Positions 49,080 to 57,146 of a stretch of 64,000 nt of DNA are shown here, piece by piece. The notes below the pieces were generated by a model. That model searched no databases, was not told the origin of the DNA, and saw only the letters and a list, made by a program, of their open reading frames with translations. The stretch comes from an uncultured Chlamydiae bacterium (GTDB lineage: Bacteria > Chlamydiota > Chlamydiia > Chlamydiales > SM23-39): assembly GCA_963828125.1 (NCBI GenBank), contig CAWHDP010000002.1, positions 1,857,054-1,921,053 of the forward strand, read 5' to 3'. Position 1 is the first letter of the stretch; every line of letters begins with the position of its first letter. The position numbers and the translations under genes were made by a program.

Positions 49080-50041
49080 TGTTGATCACGCTGCTCAGTC
49101 TGTTTCTATTTCTCGCCTTTCTCCTTCGCGGCATGAAGATCGTGCCGCAGCAGCAGGTTTGGATCGTCCAACGGCTGGGAAAATTTTCGCGCCAGCTCGA
49201 ACCGGGCCTAAATTGGATTCTCCCATTTGCCGATGAAATCGCCTCTCGCCATTCGCTGAAAGAGGAGGCGATTGAAGTGCCAGAGCAGACTGCGATTACG
49301 CAAGACAATGTCAGCGTCACCCTCGATGGCATCGTCTATATCAAAATTTTCGATCCCGTTGCCGCCTCTTATGGGGTCAAAAATCCGGTGCATGCCCTCA
49401 CGCAGCTCGTCCAAACGACGATGCGCTCCGAAATCGGCAAAATTCCCCTCGATGAGACGTTTGAAGAGAGGGAATCGCTCAATGCGAAAATCGTAGAGGC
49501 GATTAACCAAGCGGCTGTCACGTGGGGCGTCCGGTGTCTTCGCTATGAAATTAAAGACATTAAGATGCCGGAAGATATCCGGAAGGCGATGGAACTTCAG
49601 ATGACCGCCGAACGACAAAAAAGGGCCCGTATTCTCGAATCGGAAGGGGTGCGGCAGTCTCATATTAACGAGTCGGAGGGGCAAAGACAGGCCCGCATCA
49701 ATGAATCGGAAGCTGCGCAAATCGATCGGATCAACCGGGCTAAAGGAGAGGCGGAGGCGATCGAAGCTCTTTCGAGAGCCGCCGCGAGCGGCATTAGGCT
49801 GATCGCAGAGGCTCTCAACCACACCGGCGGAGAAAAGGCTGCCTCGCTCCAAATCGCTGAAAAATATATCGAGGCGTTCCGCCAGCTTGCCAAAGAGACC
49901 AACACCATTGTCCTCCCATCTAATCTCCAGCACCCCGGCTCCATGGTCGCCGAAGCGATGGCCATCTACGACTCGCTAAAAAAAAAGTCGGCTCCTCATA
50001 GCCCCTACCCATTCCCAGAGTCCAAAATTCCAGTCCATTAA
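49079..50041 (+). CDS. SPFH/stomatin-like (QmcA/STOML2-type) protein
   Basis: IVPQQ..W.V.RLGKF, AIT.DNV, QTTMRSEIG and AER.KRA.ILESEG motifs. Confidence 0.93.
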   Translation: MLITLLSLFLFLAFLLRGMKIVPQQQVWIVQRLGKFSRQLEPGLNWILPFADEIASRHSLKEEAIEVPEQTAITQDNVSVTLDGIVYIKIFDPVAASYGVKNPVHALTQLVQTTMRSEIGKIPLDETFEERESLNAKIVEAINQAAVTWGVRCLRYEIKDIKMPEDIRKAMELQMTAERQKRARILESEGVRQSHINESEGQRQARINESEAAQIDRINRAKGEAEAIEALSRAAASGIRLIAEALNHTGGEKAASLQIAEKYIEAFRQLAKETNTIVLPSNLQHPGSMVAEAMAIYDSLKKKSAPHSPYPFPESKIPVH

Positions 50042-50081
50042 TCCCATTAATAATAATTTATTGACTCTACCGCTTTTTTTT

Positions 50082-50120
50082 GGTAAAAGTTCAGGCCCCG
50101 AAGGGGCCTGAACTTTTACC
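50082..50120. terminator. Perfect 18-bp hairpin between convergent genes
   Basis: GGTAAAAGTTCAGGCCCC-GAA-GGGGCCTGAACTTTTACC. Confidence 0.6.
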
Positions 50121-50335
50121 TCTCTTAACCTTTCTGTATCTTTAGCGCCGGTTACGCTGGCGATCATTCTTATTATTCTGGTTTAACCTGAAATAACCGC
50201 CAATTACATATCAGATTTTTGTTATAGCGATAAAAATAAAAAAATTTATTTTTTAAATAAAATATGGTGTACGAGAACTGCTCAGAGTTCGCATCTGAAG
50301 AAGAGACAAATTTATAATCTGTTTCCGAAGCAGAT

Positions 50336-50355
50336 AGGGGGGAGTGATCCCCCCT
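50336..50355. terminator. GC-rich hairpin just downstream of the OMP gene
   Basis: AGGGGGGA-GTGA-TCCCCCCT. Confidence 0.55.
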
Positions 50356-50361
50356 TTTGAT

Positions 50362-50985
50362 TTAGAAACCGGCGCCTACTGAAAGTTCAGCAAACGCTTT
50401 CGGAAATTCGCCTTCCCGAATCGCTGCAATCGCTGGCTGGCTCACGTCGAATTGGACGAAGCTGCGCAGCGTACCTGCACGATTAAACTCGTAGCCGAGC
50501 GCAAGGTTCGGAATGAGTCCCACAAATTTGACCTCGTCGCGTGTCGCTGTTTCTCGACTCATGACTCCGCCCCAAGCTGCTCCTCCGCCTACATAGAGGC
50601 TGCTGTTGCTGGCTGAACTTACATAATAGTAGTAGTTCGCTTTGGGCACTGTATAAAGATAGGTCCTCTCTCTCCCCTCATCTGTGATCGTATCTCTCCG
50701 ATTGAAAGATCCTGAAATGTCAATGGCCGATGCTCCAGAGACAATCCGGTATCCAAGACCAAAGCCGGGAAGCATCTCAATGTCGGTCGTTTGTAAATCA
50801 GAATCGGAAACTCCCATTCTCAAATAGCCAAACGATCCCTTCGGAGCCACTTTCTCTTTTATGGAAGGCAGGGCAGGGGCCATTGCTAGGTGTGCTACAT
50901 TCGGAAGAACTTCTGGAATTGCCTCTTGAGCAAATCCAAGCGCAGTTGCAAGCGTCAATAATGCAGTTGTGATTTCCTTTTTCAT
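50362..50985 (-). CDS. Small outer-membrane beta-barrel protein
   Basis: Signal peptide, alternating beta strands (GFGLGYR, LYVGGG, LALGYEF), C-terminal Phe; GGAGG upstream. Confidence 0.75.
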   Translation of the reverse strand: MKKEITTALLTLATALGFAQEAIPEVLPNVAHLAMAPALPSIKEKVAPKGSFGYLRMGVSDSDLQTTDIEMLPGFGLGYRIVSGASAIDISGSFNRRDTITDEGRERTYLYTVPKANYYYYVSSASNSSLYVGGGAAWGGVMSRETATRDEVKFVGLIPNLALGYEFNRAGTLRSFVQFDVSQPAIAAIREGEFPKAFAELSVGAGF

Positions 50986-51043
50986 ATTTACCTCCGTTGA
51001 AAAAGAAAATCAATTATCGAATGAGTGGGTTAATTTGCGCAAC

Positions 51044-52384
51044 TCAAATAGTTTCTATGTTTTTTCTTACCATTTGTACTTGACGGCGGAGCATTTCATT
51101 GATCTGGATTTGATCGGTGATTTTTTTCCACGCGTGGAGAAGGGTGGAGTGGGTTTTCCCTCCGAAGGATGCGGCGATTTTCATGAGTGAATCGTCGATC
51201 ATCTCTTTGGCCAGATACATGGCGACTTGGCGGGCGAGGGCGATCTCTTTATGTCTCGATTCTCCTTTGATCTCTGATATGCGCACTTCAAAAACAGCGG
51301 CGACGCTCTTCAGGATTTCTTCGACGGAGATTTTTTTATTCGGGGCGTTGTGCTGAAACATTTCACTGAGGATTTTTTCAACAACTTCTTCATTGAGGGT
51401 GGCTGACATGAGTCTGGAATGGGCGGAGAGGCGATTGATGGCCCCTTCAATCTGCCGGACATTATTGTAGATGTGTTCTGCAATGAAAAAGGCGATTTGA
51501 TTCGGGATGTCGAGTCCGCGCCGCTCCGACTTGTGTTTGATGATCGCGACCCGAGTCTCTAAATCGGGGATCCCCATGTGGGCGACGAGACCCCATTCAA
51601 GGCGGGCGACCATCCGCTCGGAGAGTTTGAGCTGGGCGGGCGCTTTATCGCTTGTAATGACGATCTGTTTGTTTTGATTGAGGAGCGCCTCAAAGGTGTT
51701 GCAAAATTCCTCTTCGAAATTGAGCCGATTTTGCAAAAACTGGATATCGTCGACGAGCAATATGTCCAAAGTCCGGTAGAACCGTTTCATCTTATCGATC
51801 GATTTATTTCTCAGATGGTCGACTATATCGTTGATGAACGCTTCGGTGGTGATCGATTGGATCCGGAGCTTTTTATGGTGCTCGCCGACGTAGTGGCCGA
51901 TGCTGTGGAGAAGGTGCGTTTTTCCAAGGCCGACGCCTCCGTGAATAAAAAGGGGGTTGTAGGATTTGCCAGGCCGGTTGGCCACGCCGACGGCCGCTGA
52001 CTTGACGAATTGGTTCGAGGGGCCTTCGATGAAGTTATCGAAGGTATAGAGATGGTTTAGGCGCAACTCATATATCGGGGCCGGCTCTTCGGACGCCATG
52101 GGTTCTGGAGCGGCGGCCGGGGGCCGTTTTTCGGAGGAGATGACGAATTGGATGGCCGGTTCGCCCGATGGAAGGAGCGGCAAAAAATTGCAGAGAACTT
52201 CCTTAAAGTTATCGAGTAAATAGTCTTGAACGTAGACGTTCGGCACCTCAAGGAGAATTTTTTCCGGTGTTGCTTCAATCAAAGAGATCGGAGAGATCCA
52301 ATTCTGGAACTCGGCAGAGGAACACCTGGTTTCAATGAACTCAAGAAACTGAACCCACCCGTTCTTTATTTCACAGTCTAGCAT
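51044..52384 (-). CDS. dnaA: Chromosomal replication initiator DnaA (CT275-type paralogue by synteny)
   Basis: [22 protein letters not shown] and RQVAMYL...HST.LHA motifs. Confidence 0.96.
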   Translation of the reverse strand: MLDCEIKNGWVQFLEFIETRCSSAEFQNWISPISLIEATPEKILLEVPNVYVQDYLLDNFKEVLCNFLPLLPSGEPAIQFVISSEKRPPAAAPEPMASEEPAPIYELRLNHLYTFDNFIEGPSNQFVKSAAVGVANRPGKSYNPLFIHGGVGLGKTHLLHSIGHYVGEHHKKLRIQSITTEAFINDIVDHLRNKSIDKMKRFYRTLDILLVDDIQFLQNRLNFEEEFCNTFEALLNQNKQIVITSDKAPAQLKLSERMVARLEWGLVAHMGIPDLETRVAIIKHKSERRGLDIPNQIAFFIAEHIYNNVRQIEGAINRLSAHSRLMSATLNEEVVEKILSEMFQHNAPNKKISVEEILKSVAAVFEVRISEIKGESRHKEIALARQVAMYLAKEMIDDSLMKIAASFGGKTHSTLLHAWKKITDQIQINEMLRRQVQMVRKNIETI

Positions 52385-52427
52385 GTCACGAATCTATCAA
52401 GGAACGGACGATCGAAGCAAGGGAATT

Positions 52428-52814
52428 TCACCGGTAGGCGAGAACGAGAGCGGAGGCTTGCGAGGCAATTTCTTTCTCTTCTGCCGATTCAAGGGCAAGC
52501 GCTTGCATGAGTCCTTGCCGCTTGTAGCCGAGCATCAACAATGCCTTCGCCCGGTTGAGTTGCGTAAGTAGATGTGTCGGATCCATTTTGAGAGCCCGGT
52601 CGAGATAGTCGAGCGCTTTTAAACCATTCCCTAGCTGCAAATGGAGGGCGCCGACGGTCTGCAAGTCGTATGCAATGGGAGGAGCCAACACGGAAATGGC
52701 GTCAAAAAAGGTGAGGGCCACATCGTAGATCCCTTGCCGAATGTAGGAATAAGCGATATACCGGAGATCGGTGATCTCATCGGAACTCCATCCGAGAATG
52801 TCGAGCCACTTCAT
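52428..52814 (-). CDS. TPR protein, CT274-like putative T3SS chaperone
   Basis: W...LGW....I.DLR..AY.Y.RQG.Y..AL.FF TPR pattern; synteny. Confidence 0.8.
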   Translation of the reverse strand: MKWLDILGWSSDEITDLRYIAYSYIRQGIYDVALTFFDAISVLAPPIAYDLQTVGALHLQLGNGLKALDYLDRALKMDPTHLLTQLNRAKALLMLGYKRQGLMQALALESAEEKEIASQASALVLAYR

Positions 52815-52826
52815 CTCACGCAAAGG

Positions 52827-53315
52827 TCAGCCTCGTTGATATTGGTTGCGGCGGGAATTGATCATCCCTAGCGTCCGGTCGAGTTTGCCAATCGTCTTTA
52901 AAAGATTCAACAGGGTCTTCCTCTCCCGTTCATCTTCCTTTTGCTGTTGCTGATCCCGTTTGCCTTCCTGAAACGACTTGTTGAGAGTATCTTCTAACGC
53001 TTCAAGCTTATCTTCGTCGGCCTCTTGCTTCTCATAACTGCCTAGGCTCGGGATGAGCTGATAGCTAAACAGCGGTTTGGCATAGGTGTAGTATTCGGGA
53101 GGGGGTTCGAATGAGGCCCAAAGGGTCAAGGTTCCAGCTGAGAAATACTCCTCAAATTCGGTCGGCAAATAGGGCTTGACTACCGACACTTCGGTTTTCA
53201 GAGGGATGAAACGGGATTCATCGATCAGTTTGGTGTCGAGTTGGGCCTGATCCCTTGCATAGCGGGAGGAGGTTTCGATCCCGAGATTGTCGATTGTACG
53301 TGATTTAACGGTCAT
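52827..53315 (-). CDS. CT273/DUF5399-like chlamydial protein
   Basis: TIDNL....S.RYA, WA.F.PP, LFSYQLIPSLG and IN.RRNQYQRG motifs; synteny. Confidence 0.75.
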   Translation of the reverse strand: MTVKSRTIDNLGIETSSRYARDQAQLDTKLIDESRFIPLKTEVSVVKPYLPTEFEEYFSAGTLTLWASFEPPPEYYTYAKPLFSYQLIPSLGSYEKQEADEDKLEALEDTLNKSFQEGKRDQQQQKEDERERKTLLNLLKTIGKLDRTLGMINSRRNQYQRG

Positions 53316-53455
53316 AATCTTCGCATAGGTGAAATCCCGATTGTATCATTCTGAAGATTTTTCCGATATACCTCGACGTTCCCAAATCCTAAAAATCTGT
53401 TTAAATGCAGGGCTTTTTCAGCAAATTTTTGTGGCCCGTTTAATCCGAATCAGCT

Positions 53456-53484
53456 ATACTGCGGCCACCCAAAAAGTGTGAATT
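53456..53484 (+). repeat. 29-bp dispersed element, copy 2 (IS-end-like)
   Basis: ATACTGCGGCCACCCAAAAAGTGTGAATT; abuts the ogt remnant. Confidence 0.8.
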
Positions 53485-53592
53485 GCGATTGTGATACCCT
53501 GCCACCGTGTCATGAATAGCAACGGCAGTTTGGGAGGATATGGCGGAGGGGTTAAGAGAAAGGAATGGCTTTTAAAACATGAAAGAAAATAG
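53482..53592 (+). pseudogene. ogt: 3' remnant of methylated-DNA--protein-cysteine methyltransferase (ogt/ada)
   Basis: Frame reads [36 protein letters not shown] with the PCHRV active site; 5' part missing; overlaps the tag start. Confidence 0.88.
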
Positions 53593-54148
53593 CAAGCGAT
53601 GCTTTGGATCTGCACCTGGCAAAGAATTCTACGCGGAGTACCATGATAAGGAATGGGGTGTTCCAGTTTATGACGATAAGCATCTATTTGAAATGCTTAT
53701 CCTTGAGGGGGCGCAAGCAGGACTCAGTTGGGAAACCATTCTTAAAAGGCGAGCAGAATACAGACGGTCTTTTCACCATTTTGATCCTGTAAAAGTGGCC
53801 AACATGACCGATGGCGAATTAAAGGCCCTGCTTGAAAATCCTGGCATTATTAGAAATCGATTGAAAATTTATGCTGCGCGCCAGAATGCGTCCGTTTTTT
53901 TGCAAATCCAGAAGGAATTCGGTTCTTTTTCTAACTATGTTTGGAATTTCGTGCATCACAAGCCAGCGCTCACGAGAAGAAAATCTCTCAAAGATGTCCC
54001 CGTTTCCACCCCTATCAGCGATGCCCTCTCAAAGGATCTCAAAAAAAGAGGAATGACTTTTGTGGGTTCAACAATCATGTATGCGTTCATGCAAGCCGTT
54101 GGCCTCGTGGATGATCATCTCGCTGACTGCCCATGCGCAAATCGTTAA
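53579..54148 (+). CDS. tag: DNA-3-methyladenine glycosylase I
   Basis: [25 protein letters not shown] and FVGSTI.YAFMQA.G.VDDH...C motifs. Confidence 0.95.
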   Translation: MKENSKRCFGSAPGKEFYAEYHDKEWGVPVYDDKHLFEMLILEGAQAGLSWETILKRRAEYRRSFHHFDPVKVANMTDGELKALLENPGIIRNRLKIYAARQNASVFLQIQKEFGSFSNYVWNFVHHKPALTRRKSLKDVPVSTPISDALSKDLKKRGMTFVGSTIMYAFMQAVGLVDDHLADCPCANR

Positions 54149-54223
54149 TCTAAAAAAAACGCCTAAACGTCCAAAATTTAGGCCGTCTAGATCTAAATTC
54201 GACGTTTATGTATCATCGGGCTT

Positions 54224-54276
54224 ACGCTGAGACTGCGTCAGGATCGCAGGTTCGAGATCAGCTCTCGACTCAGCGT
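54224..54276 (-). ncRNA. Candidate structured RNA (three-way junction) downstream of the DUF3800 gene
   Basis: Minus strand ACGCUGAG-UCGAGA(GCUGA)UCUCGA-AC-CUGCG(AUCCUGA)CGCAG-U-CUCAGCGU forms three perfect Watson-Crick stems of 8, 6 and 5 bp. Confidence 0.55.
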
Positions 54277-54316
54277 CATTTTCTTTCCATGTTTCGTTTG
54301 GAACCCTCACCAATCC

Positions 54317-54808
54317 TTATCCATCAATCTTTCCAGAAAGTGGATGCCTTCGGATGCTTTTTTCAATCAATCTGTACCACTTCTCATCTCCATGTTCGAA
54401 AACCTGTAAATAATATTGGAACCTTTCCGTTAGAGGTTTATACGCCATGGAATAAACATTCTCGGGAGTGAGATGCTGATGATTTGAATAGATTGTTGGA
54501 AGATGAACTACAGAGGCAATTATTTTTACCGAATTGAATTTTACAAGAGATTCTAACAGGAGTTTTCTAAGTTCGTCTTTTTCTTCAAAATTCAGATGGG
54601 AAATAGGATTTTCTCTATCTTCTGGTTTCGGCTTTTTCCCAAATAATCTCCACTTAATCTCGCCATGCACTTTGAACCTTTCGCAAGCATATGCAAACGA
54701 ATCCTTCAACTTGTGCCACTGATCCCCGGGTATTACAACACCCCCCAGAACAAAATGTGTTGTGGATCTGCTAGGATCTCCAGAATCGTCGATAAAGTAA
54801 AGATGCAT
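54317..54808 (-). pseudogene. DUF3800-family (RNase H-like) gene, apparently internally deleted and with a premature stop
   Basis: N-terminal YFIDDSG...FVLGGV and GEIKW; no Q.AD motif; KIDG*GLVRVP continues in frame past the TAA. Confidence 0.72.
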
Positions 54809-54863
54809 AGGTCGACAGTATGAACCAAATATATATTTATTTTCAAAGAGTTAACTCTTCCAA

Positions 54864-54893
54864 CAGCAGCTCCCGCTGGAGCGGGAGCTGCTG
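54864..54893. repeat. GC-rich perfect inverted repeat
   Basis: CAGCAGCTCCCGCT-GG-AGCGGGAGCTGCTG; adjacent 14-bp palindrome AAGAGTTAACTCTT at 54846-54859. Confidence 0.85.
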
Positions 54894-54910
54894 GTCCACT
54901 ATCATGAAGT

Positions 54911-54939
54911 TTGCTTTAAAAGGAAGGGTTGGTTAAAAT
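54911..54939 (+). promoter_or_regulatory. Sigma66-type promoter
   Basis: TTGCTT-17 nt-TAAAAT ending 8 nt before ATG 54948. Confidence 0.5.
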
Positions 54940-54947
54940 GCTCGCCT

Positions 54948-55661
54948 ATGGTGATGGAAACTATTTCAAAAGCTTATCACGCGGACAATTTAGTCGGTTC
55001 GTACTGTACGGCCCCTCTGCGCGCATATAACACCTGGTTTCAAAACAAAATCCAGGCCAGTGAAAGCGCATGTGAGCGTACAGCATGGACAATTTCCTAT
55101 GTAGTGAGTGGAATATTCGCCTATTTGACTTTAGGTGTACTAGCCCTTGTAGGAATCGCTATAAATTTATGCCTTATTGCCCCTGAAAACGGGTACAGCC
55201 TGTGGGCAAGATTGAATGGAGTGCCCGGAGCTACCGAAAAGTTTTGTGAGAAGATTCGCAGTGAACTGTCCCTTGCATGTAGGATAAGAGCAGAGGGTTG
55301 TAGTTTGTCTGCAAGCTCATCTAGTGATAGGCCGTATACCTACAATTTAAACCAGCAATTGTCCTATGATATTCAAGATGTTTTCGAAGATGCTCCACCG
55401 CCTCTACTCCAAGTTGGGGGTCCAGTAATAGAAGAAATAGAAGATGGGAAGGAAGTAATTCGTCTTTCACAGAATGAGGATCCATCTCAAGTGAGCTTAC
55501 GACGTATGGAACCGCACATTCTCTACATCCAAAACGTCATCCGAACCTTGAGCCAGCAACATGGCTGGTATCCAGAAAAACAATGGATTAGAACAGTAAA
55601 TGACAGAGTGACTCTCATCATCCCTCTTCCCGATCACGTACCCGTCCCAAATTTTAATTAA
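54948..55661 (+). CDS. Hypothetical protein with long N-proximal hydrophobic segment (Inc-like candidate)
   Basis: AWTISYVVSGIFAYLTLGVLALVGIAINLCLIA, a hydrophobic stretch of about 33 aa; no signal peptide. Confidence 0.65.
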   Translation: MVMETISKAYHADNLVGSYCTAPLRAYNTWFQNKIQASESACERTAWTISYVVSGIFAYLTLGVLALVGIAINLCLIAPENGYSLWARLNGVPGATEKFCEKIRSELSLACRIRAEGCSLSASSSSDRPYTYNLNQQLSYDIQDVFEDAPPPLLQVGGPVIEEIEDGKEVIRLSQNEDPSQVSLRRMEPHILYIQNVIRTLSQQHGWYPEKQWIRTVNDRVTLIIPLPDHVPVPNFN

Positions 55662-55757
55662 AGTCTCTATAAAACTCTTTCAGAAAAGGGCAATCCTAAA
55701 TGGCATACTCTTGTTGCTCTAGTGATTGCTCTAGGATTGAATTTACGATTAACTTGA
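55662..55757 (+). pseudogene. 3' remnant of an addiction-module antidote (HI1420-like HTH antitoxin)
   Basis: SLYKTLSEKGNPKWHTLVALVIALGLNLRLT* matches the SLY..LS..GNP...T......ALG consensus; no start codon. Confidence 0.78.
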
Positions 55758-55791
55758 ATCTCATGTTCAATAACACCCCAAGACAAATAAT

Positions 55792-55959
55792 ATGACTACC
55801 AATAATTTTGATGCTCTTAAGTCTATACTCGATAGATATATAGATATTCTACATGACCTCTATGGCTTCTATACTGATATGACTCAAGGTTTCAAATTCT
55901 ACCGAGAACACCTTGTCAAGCGACACCAGAAAGTGACCCACCCCCAATCTTTTCTTTAA
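55792..55959 (+). CDS. Small ORF or 5' gene remnant (55 aa)
   Basis: MTTNNFDALKSILDRYIDILHDLYGFYTDMTQGFKFYREHLVKRHQKVTHPQSFL*. Confidence 0.3.
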   Translation: MTTNNFDALKSILDRYIDILHDLYGFYTDMTQGFKFYREHLVKRHQKVTHPQSFL

Positions 55960-55984
55960 TGACTACGGCCGCCTAACTCGCATT

Positions 55985-57001
55985 TCATTTCCAAAAAGCC
56001 TCGTAAATCAGCGCACCATCCGCGTTGTTCACATTGAGGATAGACATTTTTGCGATTCCTAATCCTTGCATAAAACCAAAAGCTAGTATCGTATTTGAGC
56101 CTTCGCAAAAAGCAAAATCACCACCCCCAAAATCGGCATCAGTTTTCCCTGCAAATGTCTGGACAACTGCAGCTATATCATCAAAGCAAAATGTATCCTT
56201 TCCGACTATTGCAGCTATACCATGTCCAAACACGCTTCCTGCCCCCACAACTTTTGTAGCAGGGTCTTTAAGTTTATCACTGATTGATGTATTGACTTTT
56301 TGAGATAGGCTACATGCATATGTTTCCGCTCGAAAAATATCGCTATTAGACATCGGGTTTGGAGTTTTACGTTCCTTGATATTCTGATATTGAATGCTCC
56401 CGATAATATAATCGTTAAACGCACCTACGCCCTTTGTACCACAATCGATTAAGTAAGAGCCATCCGATGCCATTCCGACAAACTGAATACTACCTCCGCC
56501 AATATCCCATACAATAAGATTTTCGGGTTGAATGTCTATTTTTGAAAGAACCGCTTGAAATGCCAATTTCCCTTCTAAGTTCTGATCAACGATATGTACT
56601 TTGATAGCAGTCTCATTCTGGATTTCTTTTGCAAACTCAAGTCCATTGGAAGCAGAACGAAAAGAAGCGGTGGCAATTGCTACAATACCATCTGCTTTGA
56701 ATGAATGTGCAATATTTACGGCATTCTTAAACGCATCCAATCCCTGCGTCATCACTTCGGCAGATAGTCTATTACCGTTATCCTTAGAAATTCCCTCATA
56801 AAAGTTAACAAAGTATCTTTGACTGTGCAACAATTTCACAATTTTATTTGTCTTTAAGTCTACTTCGGCCACTTGCAATTTAGGACCACCCATCCCTATG
56901 TCTATAGCCGCCCGCACTACATGCGTATCCGCGTTTGTTGCAAAAAGAGTAGAACTCAAAAAGATTGCGTTTAAAAAAAATGCTATCCGTCTAATCATCA
57001 T
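55985..57001 (-). CDS. Ppx/GppA-family phosphatase with N-terminal signal peptide
   Basis: AAIDIG, ATASFR.ASNG, EG.LAF and WDIGGGS ASKHA motifs; MMIRRIAFFLNAIFLSSTLFA signal. Confidence 0.85.
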   Translation of the reverse strand: MMIRRIAFFLNAIFLSSTLFATNADTHVVRAAIDIGMGGPKLQVAEVDLKTNKIVKLLHSQRYFVNFYEGISKDNGNRLSAEVMTQGLDAFKNAVNIAHSFKADGIVAIATASFRSASNGLEFAKEIQNETAIKVHIVDQNLEGKLAFQAVLSKIDIQPENLIVWDIGGGSIQFVGMASDGSYLIDCGTKGVGAFNDYIIGSIQYQNIKERKTPNPMSNSDIFRAETYACSLSQKVNTSISDKLKDPATKVVGAGSVFGHGIAAIVGKDTFCFDDIAAVVQTFAGKTDADFGGGDFAFCEGSNTILAFGFMQGLGIAKMSILNVNNADGALIYEAFWK

Positions 57002-57146
57002 CGTCTCATTAGAGTAATAATGAGGGAGGATTGTACAACTTTTTTTGCCAAAAAACAAGGATTTGATCGTTCACTTAAGGATGAAAGCAGCAATGAGCCA
57101 CAAAAGTTTGATGAAAAAATCCTGGTTTAAATGGCCAATGTCCAGT

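Noticed and set aside
50986..52430. oriC next to dnaA
   Set aside because: Flanks are very short and no cluster of TTATCCACA-like boxes was seen
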